DNA from: Selaginella moellendorffii
Lineage: Eukaryota; Plantae; Lycopodiophyta
Direction of reading: 5' to 3'
DNA length: 64,000 bases
NCBI RefSeq assembly: GCF_000143415.4
Contig: NW_003314333.1
Location: 757,207 to 821,206, forward strand
In this document: positions 34,663-47,420 of the stretch, piece by piece
Layout of the letters: each line of letters opens with the position of its first letter
Numbering within the stretch: position 1 is the stretch's first letter
Notes under the pieces: model-generated
The model's input: the letters and a program-made list of their open reading frames with translations, nothing else
Databases searched by the model: none
Told to the model about the DNA's origin: nothing
Made by a program: the position numbers and the translations under genes

Positions 34663-35514
34663 ATGGCGGGGGCTCCGCAGCCCAACATGGCGCTCCTCTC
34701 GCAAGCTCTCAATCAGTGCTCCGTCGAGGTTGCCCACATTGGGAACCTCCCCATCAAGATCCAGGTAACTAGAAAAAAATGCCTCTTGCTTGAATCTCTC
34801 ATCTTTTTCTGTTCGTGATCGCAGCAAACGCAGCAGCAGATCCAACAGACACAGCAACAGATTCAGCAGCAGTTGCAACAAGTTCAACAGCAGCTGCAGG
34901 TGATTCAGCAGGCGCAACAGCAGCAACTGCAGCAAGTCCAGGTGAGCGCATGAAACAGAAAAGAAAAACAAGTTCACCAAAAGGAAGGACAAAATCGACA
35001 CGCCACCTGTTTCTTGAAGTTGACAAGCACGTAGTTGATCACAGTAACACAAGTTTACAAACAGTCACACACACTTGGGAATTGTGCTGAAAGACTTGAT
35101 CGGAAGCTTGCTTGTGGGAAGAATGAACTTTAAAAGCTGGAAGCTCAAAGCTGGTTGAATTGAATCGTGTTCCTCGCTCTGCTTGTGCAGCAAAGCATCC
35201 AGATCCTGCAGCAAGGCCAGGCGGGGATGCTGCAAACGCTGCAGCAGTGCATCCAGGCGCAGGCGCTCGTCCAGCAGGTGTCCGAGGCCCGGGCGCTGGC
35301 CCGAGCTGCAAACGCCGCAACCTCGCAGTCGATCGAGCCGCTGCCCGACGCGCAGAACGTGATGCCGCAAAACTTCCCCGCCACGAGATACGAGCTGACG
35401 CAGCTCAACGACAATGGCGTCAACAATCTGCTCGGCTTCTACGGCCTGCAGCTGCAAGGTAACATTGATGCCCGGCGGCAAAGGCTGGCGAGATTTCTCG
35501 GTGTGTCCTTGTGA
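34663..35514 (+). CDS. Small Gln-rich coiled-coil protein with a Mug135-like C-terminal domain (exons 34663-34764, 34825-34941, 35191-35514)
   Basis: Phase-0 GT-AG splicing gives MAGAPQPNMALLSQALNQCSVEVAHIGNLP-Q-rich heptads-PLPDAQNVMPQNFPATRYELTQL...LLGFYGL..QGNIDARRQRLARFLGV*. Confidence 0.7.
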
Positions 35515-37580
35515 AAGGTACTCGTTCCATCATTTCGGATATACAACTTTTAAAGTGCTAGTGACTGATCCTGACGAGATTTTCGAGCAGATTTGTGAAC
35601 TTTGTTTTGTTTCAGCTGTTGTTTGCGCTGATGTTTTGAATGCCGAGGCAACTCATCACGTCCCTAGCCAGGCCACAACTTTCAGGGTCCATTTTTTCTG
35701 AATTGTTATCGTGATATCGAGGACTACTTTGTGTGAATCTATAATAGTGTCGAATCTTCCAAGTTCAAAGCAACATGAAGGTAATGAAAAGCTTGACATG
35801 TTTTTCTTTTTTCCCATGAGCTTTCAAACGCTGAGAACTGAAAAGTCTTCTAGCCCCTGTATTCGGCGTGATATAAGATTCAGGGACCCATGAATATCTA
35901 TGCAGTACGTTCGTGGTCATCAAAGAGCAGAGTGTGGAGTTACATGGTCTATTTTTGTGCGCGAACTTGCTTGATCGTGTCAATCGCTGGTGTGACATGG
36001 TGGAGAGTAAAGAAATGCGAACCAGACCAGCCAATTCTGGCTGTCATGCACAATATCAATCAGCCCAATAAAGAAATCGGAATGCACACTGTCTCTAACA
36101 CCGCAAGCAGGGAGATCGAGGCGTCTACAACCTTAATATACGCAGTCTTCGGTCTTGCTCTCCAGAAAACACCAAAACTTCCGAGCAGGGGAATATCCGG
36201 CCTTTGACAATGACGAGTTTTTGATCTTGTTGTTTCCCAAGGTGTTGTTTGTTTGCCCCTCTCCATACCTACACATCTCTAGCTATAAGAACCCCTTTTG
36301 ATCCAAACAAGATCACTCACCAATTGGGTAGAAGAAAGAAACCTTGAACAAAAAAAAGGGAATTGGAGTGGCCAGGGGGATTAAATGTGGGCCTTTAAGA
36401 AGTAAGAAGGTAGACACACAGAACTCACACAATGGTGCCCATGCCCATACCAATGAGTCAGTGACAGGGGTTAAAAATAAAAACAAAGTCAAGAGCTAAA
36501 GAGCTGCTTCCTGCCAACAAGTGTGCCAGAAAACAACAACAGGCCCTCAGGATGGATGGATGAATTAAGCTGGGCCCACAGACAGGCATATTCTTGGGAT
36601 ATTCCTGATTTTTATTCCGATTCTCACTGGGCCAGTTTTACTGTTTTACCCCAGCAGGCGGCGCCGCTTGGTCACCTGTCGGTTGGTAGGGATGACAATG
36701 TCGGTAATCAAAGCGATGCACGTGGGAACGGACTGACTGACGGAAATGCCGCCGGCTCTCTGTCAGCCGCCTACGTGTAGCACGTATATTCCATCTGCTG
36801 ATTCGCCTCCCATGGCGGGCGTCGTGTACGCTACGCAATACGAGCATACGGGCACAACATTGAGACTGGAGTGCTGTGATTTGCCTAATTCGTCGAGCGA
36901 AAAGAATGGCGGATCGATTCCATGGTATGATCGCGACAACGAAAGCCGCCACGTCATTCTGTGTGGCTTTGGCACGGCAGTAACACTGTGAGTGTGTGTA
37001 TGTACAAGAGTAGTGTACAAGTGGTATTCGTATCGTGGGTGTCGTATGTGTGCTTGAAAGGGAATCTCGCGATGACGACAGCGTGTGTGTGTTTATACAG
37101 GCGACGCATTTAGGGTTTCCACACGTAAAATGATCCCGCGCGGGTTGGCAACAACGAAATTTGGCAATGATTCGGGGATTTGATGCTCCTACATGGGAAG
37201 GAACAGGAGCGGAGAAGGATGAGAGCGAAATGATCTTAGACGACGATACCATAATATGCTGTGGTCCATCCACTCTTCCTTTTCTCCTTTGAGTGTGATT
37301 TTTCTTTTTGCTTTGGTTGGAGCTCGAGGTTTCTGGGGGGCGTCTCGCTCGCGTGCGTGCCACTTTGTGGGATGGAATATATAGATTGGAATCTGGAGTG
37401 TGCGTGATTGTTCTTGTGGGGGGTTTGTTTGTCCCCCTCCCGCCCCCAATTATTCACTTGCGGGCGATGCAAATCGAAAAAACCAGCGACGAGAAAATGC
37501 GGGTTTGATACCAAAACGAGGAGCACTGGCTTGATTGATTTTACACACTTGCTCCATTGCGAGGGGGCACAGCGCAACCA

Positions 37581-37789
37581 GTACGGCGCCGGTACGGCAC
37601 GGTCAAGCGGCGCTGACCGCGCACCGACAAAGCTGCGGCCGCCTGGCCGCAAAGCCCGCCGGGTCCAGCGCCGCCTGCAGTGGGGCCGCCTGTCGCCCAG
37701 CCGGTCACCCCGGCGTGTCCACTAACCGGTCCACAACATTCCGACCGGTCACGGCCCCACTGTCCGTACCGGATAGGGGCGGCGTACGG
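37581..37789. promoter_or_regulatory. GC-rich upstream island with four SBP/SPL-type CCGTAC/GTACGG sites and a CCGACA (TGTCGG AuxRE)
   Basis: GTACGG at 37581, 37592 and 37784; CCGTAC at 37764; CCGACA at 37624; all upstream of the ARF leader. Confidence 0.4.
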
Positions 37790-38458
37790 TAGGCGGGGCT
37801 GCCCAAGTGTGTTTAGTTTAGTGTTGTTGAGCTGGGTTTTTTTGGTTTCGCTGCTCGGCTATGGCGGACAAGGGAAGCAGCTGTGTCTGAAGAGAGCAGC
37901 AAAAAGACGTGAAATTCCGTTTGCTCTGTTTTTGGGAGCGCAGTGCGTTGTTGCCGCTTGTGATCCCCCAGATCCAAGCGCTCCACCTCTGGTGTTTGTC
38001 ACTACTTTCCTCTCTCGATCTTATCCATTCCCATTCCAATCCTTTCCCGTCCTGGGTTTTCTCCCTTGGGTCTCTTCTCTCGTGCGAGCGAGTAGAGGGG
38101 TTTTAAACTTCCCAGATCCTGTGAGCTGCGGTCGTCTTGTTGGTGTTCTTGTCGCTCTTCCGGGGAGCACAACGGCAAAACTGGCATTATTGGGCCGGCA
38201 GCGGCGGCTTCCCGTGTGGATCTGCCGGATCACAGGCCATGGGGCTGCGAAATGCTCAGCAGTGGTCGCAGGTAGAGCTCCGTCTCGTCTCGCGGGGGGT
38301 GGAATGAAGCATGTCTAGCAGCTCGCTCGACTTCTAGGAGCACGAGAACAGAACAAGCATCGATAGAAAAGTAGAAGGCGAGAGATTTGAGCTGGTTTTG
38401 GAGCTCGATCTGCCTTCTTCCAAGTCCGAGTGAAAGCTAAAAGGTAGCGCCAGGATTC

Positions 38459-38480
38459 ATGGAAGGTACTACTCGCGAGT

Positions 38481-38523
<43 letters not shown>

Positions 38524-40480
38524 CTTTAGCTGGGTGGAAATGAATTGTTTGCTTGCAGGAGAGAAGAAGGCGATGAACACGGCTCTTTGGCTGGAATGCG
38601 CTGGTCCTCTGGTGACGCTTCCAACAGTAGGCAGCCATGTCGTCTACTTTCCTCAAGGCCACAGCGAACAGGTTCGTAGCAAACGCAAAGAGGGTGTGAC
38701 GCAGGAACTTAGAGAAAGTTGGTGTTTGATCTCCAGGTGGTGGCTTCCACGACTCAAAAGGATGGAGTGGAGGCAGAGATCCCGAACTATCCCAATCTCC
38801 CAGCGCATCTCATTTGCCACCTCCACAACATCACGCTCCATGTAAGCTTTCCAGATCTTGCAGCGAGAGTTTGTTCGAGCTAAGCGGAGGACTTGGTTTC
38901 AGGCCGATCCAGACACGGACGAAGTCTACGCGCAGATGACTTTGCAGCCGGTGCAGAACGACAAGGAGCCCTTCCTGACACCCGATCTGGGAATCCAGCC
39001 CAAGCAGCAAACTCTCTCCTTTTGCAAGACTTTGACAGCCAGTGACACGAGCACGCACGGTGGATTCTCCATCCCAAGGCGCGCAGCCGAGAAAGTCTTC
39101 CCTCCTCTCGTAAGAAAACTCTTTTCTAGACTTCTTGGCTTGGGGGACTCTAAAGCTTTCTTTCTCGCCGTTCTTTGCGTGGCTTGTCTAGGATTTCACC
39201 AAGCAGCCCCCGGCGCAGGAACTCGTTGCCAAGGATCTCCACAACCAGCAGTGGACGTTTCGACACATTTACAGAGGTAAGTTCGTCTCGTCTCCGCGAT
39301 GAAAACCGTAAGAGAAATACTCTTTCTCTCTCTCCTGGCGCGCAGGACAACCGAGGAGGCATCTCCTCACGACTGGCTGGAGTGTTTTCGTAAGCGCCAA
39401 GAGGTTGCAAGCGGGAGACACAGTTCTCTTCATCAGGTTCGCGTTCCTCGCGCGAGGCGTGTGTGACTCGTGAGCCTGATCTTTCGTTTCTTTCTCTTGT
39501 TCTTGATCAGGGATGAAAACAACCATCTCCTGCTGGGAATCAGGCGAGCAAACAGGCAGCAGGCCAACGTTCCCTCCTCGCTTCTGTCGAGCGACAGTAT
39601 GCTCATTGGAGTCTTAGCTGCGGCTGCCCATGCTGCCACCACCAACAGCCGATTTACGATCTTCTACAACCCGAGGTGAGAGAGAACTTTAAAAATCTTC
39701 GTCTTGTCCTTTCGTTCCTAACCTTAATGCTTGTGTCAGGGCAAGTTTCTCCGAGTTTGTCGTCCCCTTCTGCCGATTCAGCAAAGCAACTTACCACCCC
39801 CGCGTTACTGTCGGCATGCGTTTCCGCATGGAGCTCGAGACGGAGGACTCGAGCACGAGAAGGTAATCCTCGTTGCTCGTTCTTGCAACTTTAAGTATAA
39901 ACTCGGCCATCTTTTGCAGGTATATGGGTACGATAACTGGGATTGGTGACCTCGATTCTGTTCGGTGGCCAAACTCTCTCTGGAGAACTCTAAAAGTGAG
40001 GAGCATTGCTTTCGCGATTGATCACCAACTTACACAAAAAATCTTGATCTTTGCAGGTTGGGTGGGACGAGTCGACTGCCGGGCAGAGACAAAAACGCGT
40101 GTCGCTGTGGGAGATAGAACCACTCACTGCTCCCTACTTCCCATGCACGTCCTCGCTCTTCCTGAGAAAGAGAACTCGACTTGATGGTATGTATGAGTAA
40201 GTAGCAAAAATAACAGTTGAGTTACCAGGCTTTCTTTTTGCGCAGGCGAGCTGGACGAGCTGGACGCGATCCGGTCCCAAGTGTGGGCTCGAGCAGAGGA
40301 CGGGAAGATGGACATCCGTGCACTCAACGCCGCCGGCTTGAGTCTCGAGCACTGGCTTCGTTTCCAGCATAAGCCCGAGGCGGCCATAGCCACGGCGTCG
40401 CAGCCGGACTACTACCGAGCCATGGCGGCCCAGGCCCTCCAAGAGTTTCGAAGCGTCGACTCCGCAAAGCAGCAGCATCA

Positions 40481-40515
<35 letters not shown>

Positions 40516-42240
40516 TCGTCACACCAGTTATCCATATGACGCCACAGCAGCAGCAGCAGCAGCAGCAGCAAATACAGTATAGAAGCCAGTTGCCGCAGCA
40601 GCAAGTTCTGCAAAGCCATCCTCCACAGCAGCCGATCTTCCAGCCTCAACAATTACAGCAGCAACAGCAGCAACTTCACCACCAACAGCAACAACAGCAA
40701 TCTTCTCATCATCAGCAGCAGCAACAGCACCACCACCACCATCAGCAGCAGCATCGCCAGCAGCAACAACAGCAGCAACAGCAGCAACAGCAGCAGCAGC
40801 AGCAGCAACAACAACAACAACAACAACAACAGCTCCAACTTCAACAGCAGCAGCAGCAGCAGCAGCAACAACAAAGCTATCAGCTGCAAGTCCCGGCTTC
40901 TCTCCAGCAAACTGTCCCCCTAGCGTCGAGGCTCACCCCCGGTTTCTCCGAGGACTCTGGAGCGAGCTTTGGCTCCATGCCAGCCAACAACATGTCGCTG
41001 CAAAGCCTCCTCAACCGGTCCAACCCAGACGCCTTACTCCAAGAGAGCCAGTACTCGAGCCAACCAGTGGCGGCTGCTCTCAAGCAAAACCAGCTCCCTT
41101 TACAGCAGCAGCAGCAGCAGCAGATCCCAGCTCCGGGACTCTTGTCTCAAGAGCCGCAGCTCTCGGGTTCCTGGATGTCGTCGATACGGGACTCCACCGG
41201 ACCAGCTTCCGCCGTCTTGAGCCCGCGGACGCTCGACTCGTCAGGAAATCCTTACATGGTCCAGCCTTCTCCATCAGGGGGAGCAGCAGCAGCGGCTCAT
41301 CTCTCGCACTTGCCACCACCACCAGCAGCCGCAGCAGCAGCAGCTCCCACACCACCTTACAGCGTCTACCGGGACGTGTCATCGTCCCACCAAGAGCAAG
41401 ACGTCCAGTCTGATCTCCGCAGCAACAGCCACCTCCTGTTCGGAGTAAATATCGACAGTCCTCTGATGCTGTCGAGCGCAGCCGCGGCAGTGGCGCAGGG
41501 ATTTGCTCCCGCCGACAAGGCTAAAGACGTTTCCTTCTCGATGATCGGCTCACCTTCCGGCTCGGACATGCACATGAGTGGAGGAACAGCAGTTGCTCTT
41601 GACGACAGTCCGACGAGTTGGCAGCAGCAGCAACACCAGCAGCAGCAACAGCAACAGCAGCAGCAACAAGTCCAGCCTTCTCCGATGAGAACTTTCACCA
41701 AGGTGGTAGAAACAAGCCTGCTTTCCTGTGCCAAGCTTGACGAGTTTCCGGCTGTTTATGATTCGCAGGTGTACAAGACGGGGTCCGTCGGAAGGTCCAT
41801 AGACGTGACGCGGCTCAAGAACTACGAGGAGCTCCGGAGAGATATCGCACGGATGTTCAACCTCGAAGGCCAGCTTCTCATGGACTCGTGTCGATCGTCG
41901 TGGCAGCTTGTGTTTGTCGACTACGAGGGAGACGTTCTGCTCGTTGGAGACGATCCGTGGGAGTAAGTGACGCAGCCGTTTCGTAGCCGAGAGAGCTTCT
42001 TTCACTGATTGATTGTCTTGTCTCTTTGATGATGCCAGGGAGTTCGTCGGCTGTGTCCGGTTCATCAAGATCCTGTCACCTTCCGAAGTCCAACAGTTGA
42101 ATCGCGAAAATCTCGAGTCCATAGCTGCAGTCCCCAACCAAAGACAGACGAGCAGCAGCTCTGACGACTGTGCCAACCCCACCAACAACTTTGCTCAGGA
42201 TCCTCGCCTATCCTATCACCACAGGCCAGACTTCTGTTGA
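38459..42240 (+). CDS. ARF: Class A (activator) auxin response factor with poly-Q middle region and PB1 domain, multi-exon
   Basis: MEG|[18 protein letters not shown]; B3 [25 protein letters not shown]; ARF domain; poly-Q; PB1 [19 protein letters not shown]...[24 protein letters not shown]. Confidence 0.95.
38486..38521. repeat. (GA)n microsatellite in ARF intron 1
   Basis: Directly visible. Confidence 0.9.
40469..40875 (+). repeat. CAG/CAA trinucleotide tracts encoding poly-Q in ARF
   Basis: Directly visible. Confidence 0.9.
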
Positions 42241-42430
42241 TCGCCTCGGTCTTTTCCATACCCAGCCTGCCAAGGAAGAAGATCCTGGTAGCAATTTTGT
42301 AAAACACGTCCGTCTGTAAATACTATTAACTTTGTTATTGCTCTTCATATGTAAGCTCCTGGAATGAAGCACCAGGCCAGGAGGACAAGCGTTACAATTA
42401 GTCGCACAAAAGCCAGTGGTACCTTCTCTG

Positions 42431-43686
42431 TTACTTGGACTTGGCAAAATGCTTCTTATCCAGTTTCTCGACTGGTGTGGTTTTCAAGAGAAACAGCCTT
42501 GCCGACCTTTCCTTCAAGCTTCCACCGCACTTAAGGCCTCGCTTCTGGAGCTCGGACTTAAGCCGATCCATGCCAAGTGTCTGTAAATCACAGAGCAACC
42601 TGTTTAGCCATCAAGTAAAAAAGAAATCCTGAACAGTACATACCTCCAGCTCTTCGGCGCTCTGAAAGTTGTCGAAGCTTAGTTCTTCTTCTATGACCTG
42701 AAAGAAAAAAAGAATATTTTTTCCTTTTTAACAATTCCCATTGCTTACCTTTGGCGGTGGCTCCTGGGGAGCCTGGAGATTTACCACAGGCTCCACAGGC
42801 TCCACGGGCTTCGCTGTCTCAGCCGGTGACGGGACAGCCTCTGGCGAAGGATTTAATACGCTGGGGTCTTCGAAACTTTGACTACTGGAGGCCCCAGTGT
42901 GGATAGGAGGAGGCATCAACTCTTGGTCGCTATCCTTTCCAGTCGACATTCTGGAAAAGGAGACAGAACAAGAATCTCAGAAAAAGCAAACCAAAACACC
43001 AGCCAGAAAAACACCAGCCAGAAGAATGGCACGACTTACATTCGAAGTTTCTTGGATGCCATGTCGTCCATGTCGATCTTCTTTCTCTTTCCATCAGTCC
43101 CCCGCTTCTTGTTCTTGGCCCGCCTCAAGCCATCCAGCACTGCTTCCTGGACCTCCTGTGACTTTCTCTCCGCCTCTTCACGGAACTTCTTGATATCCTC
43201 CGCGGCGGACGACTCATTCTTTAGCTTCTGGCTTTCCTTCTTCAAATAGTCGTGAGCCACCACTTCCAGCTGCCTCAATCCCGCCTCCTCGTTCCACTCC
43301 TTGATCTTCTTCTCCCCATTTACATGCCTCAGCCGCCTCCCACTCATGTCTCTACACGCATCGAAATTACTCGTCTTCTTCTGCCCGGCCTTGGTGGCCG
43401 CCCCCCTAAGCAGCGAGCCAAATCCTCCCTTCCCGCCCCTCAGGCGCAGCAACACAGCGCACGACGCATCCCTGGACGCCGGCAGAGCCTCGCCCTCGCC
43501 AATCTCCCGCGTCCCTGTGACGATCCGCTGGAGCGATGGCGGAATGCCCGCGATCTCGAATACCCTAGCCTTGAGATCCTCGCAGAGAACCCGCGGTGAT
43601 GCGAATCGCACGCACCTGGTGCTGCCATTGAGAAGCCTTACCAGGATTTGCTGCTCCACGGTCTCCTCTGCCACCGCCATCGCCAT
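42431..43686 (-). CDS. SDE2: SDE2 homolog (ubiquitin-like N-terminus, C-terminal SAP domain), 4 exons
   Basis: UBL ending LRLRGG|[11 protein letters not shown]...[17 protein letters not shown]; last exon [32 protein letters not shown]...KSK*. Confidence 0.92.
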
Positions 43687-43799
43687 TCCTCCACAAACCC
43701 TAACTCAAAATAAAAAAATGGAATATCCTTTTTAGGGTTCTATCATAGAAGTATCTCAACGTTTTTAAAGGTATGCGCACTACGATTGAGGACTTTGTT

Positions 43800-44834
43800 T
43801 CGGGTTTTCTAGGGGACAAATCGTTGCTGCCGGTGTGGATTCATCCCAACTTCGAGCTTCTTGAAGAGTACATTGATGCTGTCATTTGAAGCACAGAGAA
43901 GGAAGCGCCACCGGTTCGTGGTATCGGCAAGAGGTACTTCGGACACTACTGGTTCTTCAAGCAAGCCAAGCTCAAGCACAGGGTGATATGGAGGACAAAT
44001 AGTGACGATCCACTGTTTCTCTAGTACGACTTCTCGTTGGATGAGCCCCTGGTGGACGTAACCATGCTCTAGTCGGCTGGACTGAAGCGGGAAAGGATCA
44101 TACCTGGTTGATTGTCGATGGTGAGTCCAAGGGGATTGCGGGGCACTCCGGGCCAGTTCTGCAGTTCGTGCCGCCAGGTCGTCGTGGTTATCACGAGTTC
44201 TCCAAGGACGGTGGCCAGTTTTGTCATCTCGAGGCCTGGAGTTTGGAAGACTTGAGGGCTTGCAGAGCTGGAGTTTGATGATGCGCAATTAGAGAGGCGA
44301 TTCTATATCTGCAGGGGTATGCCGCGTTTGATATTTGATGACGAGATTTCGCTCAGGCCATTGCACTTTAGGCGACTTAAGATTACAGGGGACATTCCGA
44401 GTGAATGGAGAGGGACCACCTCGACGAAAAGAATACTGGTAGGGAAGGCTGGGTTCAATGTTTACGATGATTTTAGTGGGGAGAGAGGACGCAGGAGGAT
44501 CGGGAATAGCAGGAGGTCTGGCAAGGGTCCCATGTTTCGTGGAGCCATATTCTGGAATTCAGAAGGCTTTCGGTTCATTACTCATGCCAGATATCATCTT
44601 CCAGGCGACAGTATCGGGAATCATAAACTCTTTTGGTCAGTAATTTGGGACATCGTTCAGGAGTATGATATATGGCACAAGCATAGGAACCTTCCTGCAC
44701 CGCCATTTTACAGGTTTATTTTTGTGGTTCCAGAGTCCAAGTTTGATGCTTACGAGTTACAAGAAAAAACGATGGAAATACAGTCTTTTATTTTTAATGG
44801 GTTCCATCTAGCCGTCAGATCAAGGGAATGGTAG
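43800..44834 (+). pseudogene. Decayed Crinkler/RHS (CR)-type P-loop NTPase plus nuclease-like gene
   Basis: Joining frames gives TGS/GIGKRYFGHYWFF (Walker A region), TWLIVDG (Walker B), YHEFSK, WSLEDLRAC, RFYICRGMPRLIF and C-terminal YRFIFVVPESKFDAYELQ, with frameshifts and a stop at 44022. Confidence 0.6.
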
Positions 44835-46400
44835 TTAATACCCATTGTGATTTATATTCCTGTGTTTCCCTTAAGATACGTTGCTCATCAGATCCAAACA
44901 TTAGTGACTGTTAGCCAGTCAAATTATTAAGCAAGAAGCTGGCCGAATTTACAAGGCAAGATCCAAACACAAGCTCAGTCCTCGAAGTTTCTACCTAGAT
45001 TATCAGGACTACATAATAAAGTTTCAATGAATAATATTGTATTGGCAAGCCTTCCATCCAAAGAATCTATTTATTTTCTCCTGCCATAGAATATAAAGGT
45101 TTTCTAGTTTTTAGAATATTATGAGTCTTTTGGAAAGTTTGTCTCACATTTTGTTTGTTTTGGGCCATTCGATCATGCTGTGAATGTTGCTCGTGGGTTC
45201 GCAGAACACTATAGCATAAACCACTTGCAACTTGAAAAGAAAAACATGAGCCATCAATGAGACAAAGATGGCTGTCAAACTAGCGGAGAGACTGCTGAAA
45301 CAACTATTTATCAGTGTTGTGAGGAAGCTTCAACGGGAAGGTTGCAGCTGTGGACGCATTAGTACCAAAGATTTGGAGCAAGAGCACTTTATTTTTTTTA
45401 ATGAAAGAAAATGGACCTGCACTTCCCATATCCAAACTATTTTGTCTCGACCACAAGTCATGAACAGCAGGAGCGCTCCATGCAATGCAATCCATTTTCA
45501 TGCCCCTGAATCAGGATGCCATTAAGCTGAAAAAAAAAAAACGGTGTAGCATTGTAACACACTCTATGGTCTATTAGCATTAGGTATTGTGCCAATATGT
45601 TGACAATATTAAAGTACTCTCTGAATTGGAATTGTGTTGAGCTCAATTAGCTACCAATAGAAGATATTTTTAAACAAAATGCATTGCACTCATTTGTTCC
45701 AGATGCTAGGATTTAAATTCATATAGAATATAAGAATATTTTAAATTCATACTACATACTATTATTATAGTCTTCAGAACTTAGAACTTATTTTACTTTC
45801 TTGCTGTAAATTAATTTTAATTTATACTACATGATTTTTATATCTTATATTTATTAGAAATAAAAATATTAAATTTAAAACAAGATTTTTTTATAATTGA
45901 TGAACTCAACTTAACTTTGGATTATTCCTTTTGTGATTACTAGAACATGAGAATTTTTTTAAACATGTCAATCATTCTATTCCATTTTTAATTTTTTTTC
46001 TTAAAAAATATTACACTAACTTGCAAAACATTTGTCAAAAATGAAAGATGATTAAATTTTAATTCATTTAAATTATGCATATGATCATACATTTTTACAT
46101 TTTAGATGCACTATAAATCAAAGAAAATGTACTTAGTGTACCTTATAACAATTTATTTCCTCTTTATTTAGTTTATTTTTGGCTATAATAGATTTTCAAT
46201 TATAAGAAACTAAGATTTTATTTTATTTCTCATACATTTATTAAATATTTTTTTAGTTAATTTCTCAATTTGTACAAGAATGTTATGAAGGCTACAATAA
46301 AATCAAAATAATTTAAAATAAATTTTTAAATAAATATATAAATATTTTAAAATTAGTATTTTAACTATACTTTTAACCTTTAAAGGGCCTTATCCTTTAA

Positions 46401-46405
<5 letters not shown>

Positions 46406-46466
<61 letters not shown>
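46406..46466. repeat. (TA)n microsatellite in a very AT-rich intergenic block (about 45600-47070)
   Basis: Directly visible. Confidence 0.9.
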
Positions 46467-46475
<9 letters not shown>

Positions 46476-47420
46476 GTTTACATGGCATAAAAAAGTGGCT
46501 CGAGAAAAACTTAAAACCCCTAGAATGCTAAAAGAGGAAAACAAAGTTTATTTTGAAAAAATGATGTTGTAAACTTCGTTTTCTTGTTATGGGATTCAAA
46601 AAGACAAAAATATTTTTTAAAAGAACTAAAGTAAAACAATATTATATATTAGTTTTACAATAAATTTTAAATATCTCAAAAAACTTCTCAATATATTTTA
46701 TTTTCTTCATTATTTAAATTCATTATATATTACAAAATACCATTATTTAAGCAATGTCCATTGCAATCATTATTATTTGATGTCCATAATAAATTTTATC
46801 CATGCTATGAACATTAAATATATATCTAGATTTTAAACATAGCTTTTTATTGTTTACGTAATAATATAAAAGCAATGTGACATTCAATAATCATGTGACT
46901 GTAAAGAAATAATTCTTGTTCCTTTGAAATAACAAAAACTTATTAAACTATCAACTTGATAAATTTACCACAGCTATCTATCGACATTAACATAAATAAG
47001 ATAATAAAATCAACTAAACATTATTTCCAAAAGAAACCTTGTTACATAGAATGGCATTTGATAAAGCAATTATATGTCTTTTAGACCTTTTATTGTACCC
47101 AAAAAGGATGAAGTTACAGCATATGCCCAACCTAGGGATTTAAAGTGCTTGAAATGGAGCACAGGTTCAAAAGGAACTTACCTTAGGAACTTACCTTATG
47201 GAGCAATGAACTTACCTTGGGTAAATGGATCAAAACAATTCAAACCATTTAACAAATTTTGTACATTCAACAATGCTTTATGTCAAAATTTAATAGATAC
47301 TAACTGGGAAATATCCCTGTATATCGCAGCCATTTGTACCAAACAAATCCTTGTTTTTCCCTTCCTAAGCGAGCGAGCGAGCGAGCAAGAACGATCGAGA
47401 AGTCGACCGAGAAACCGAGA

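Noticed and set aside
36638-38318. ORFs of 241 aa (-) and 212 aa (+) upstream of ARF
   Set aside because: No recognisable domain or coding-like composition; the region looks like promoter and leader.
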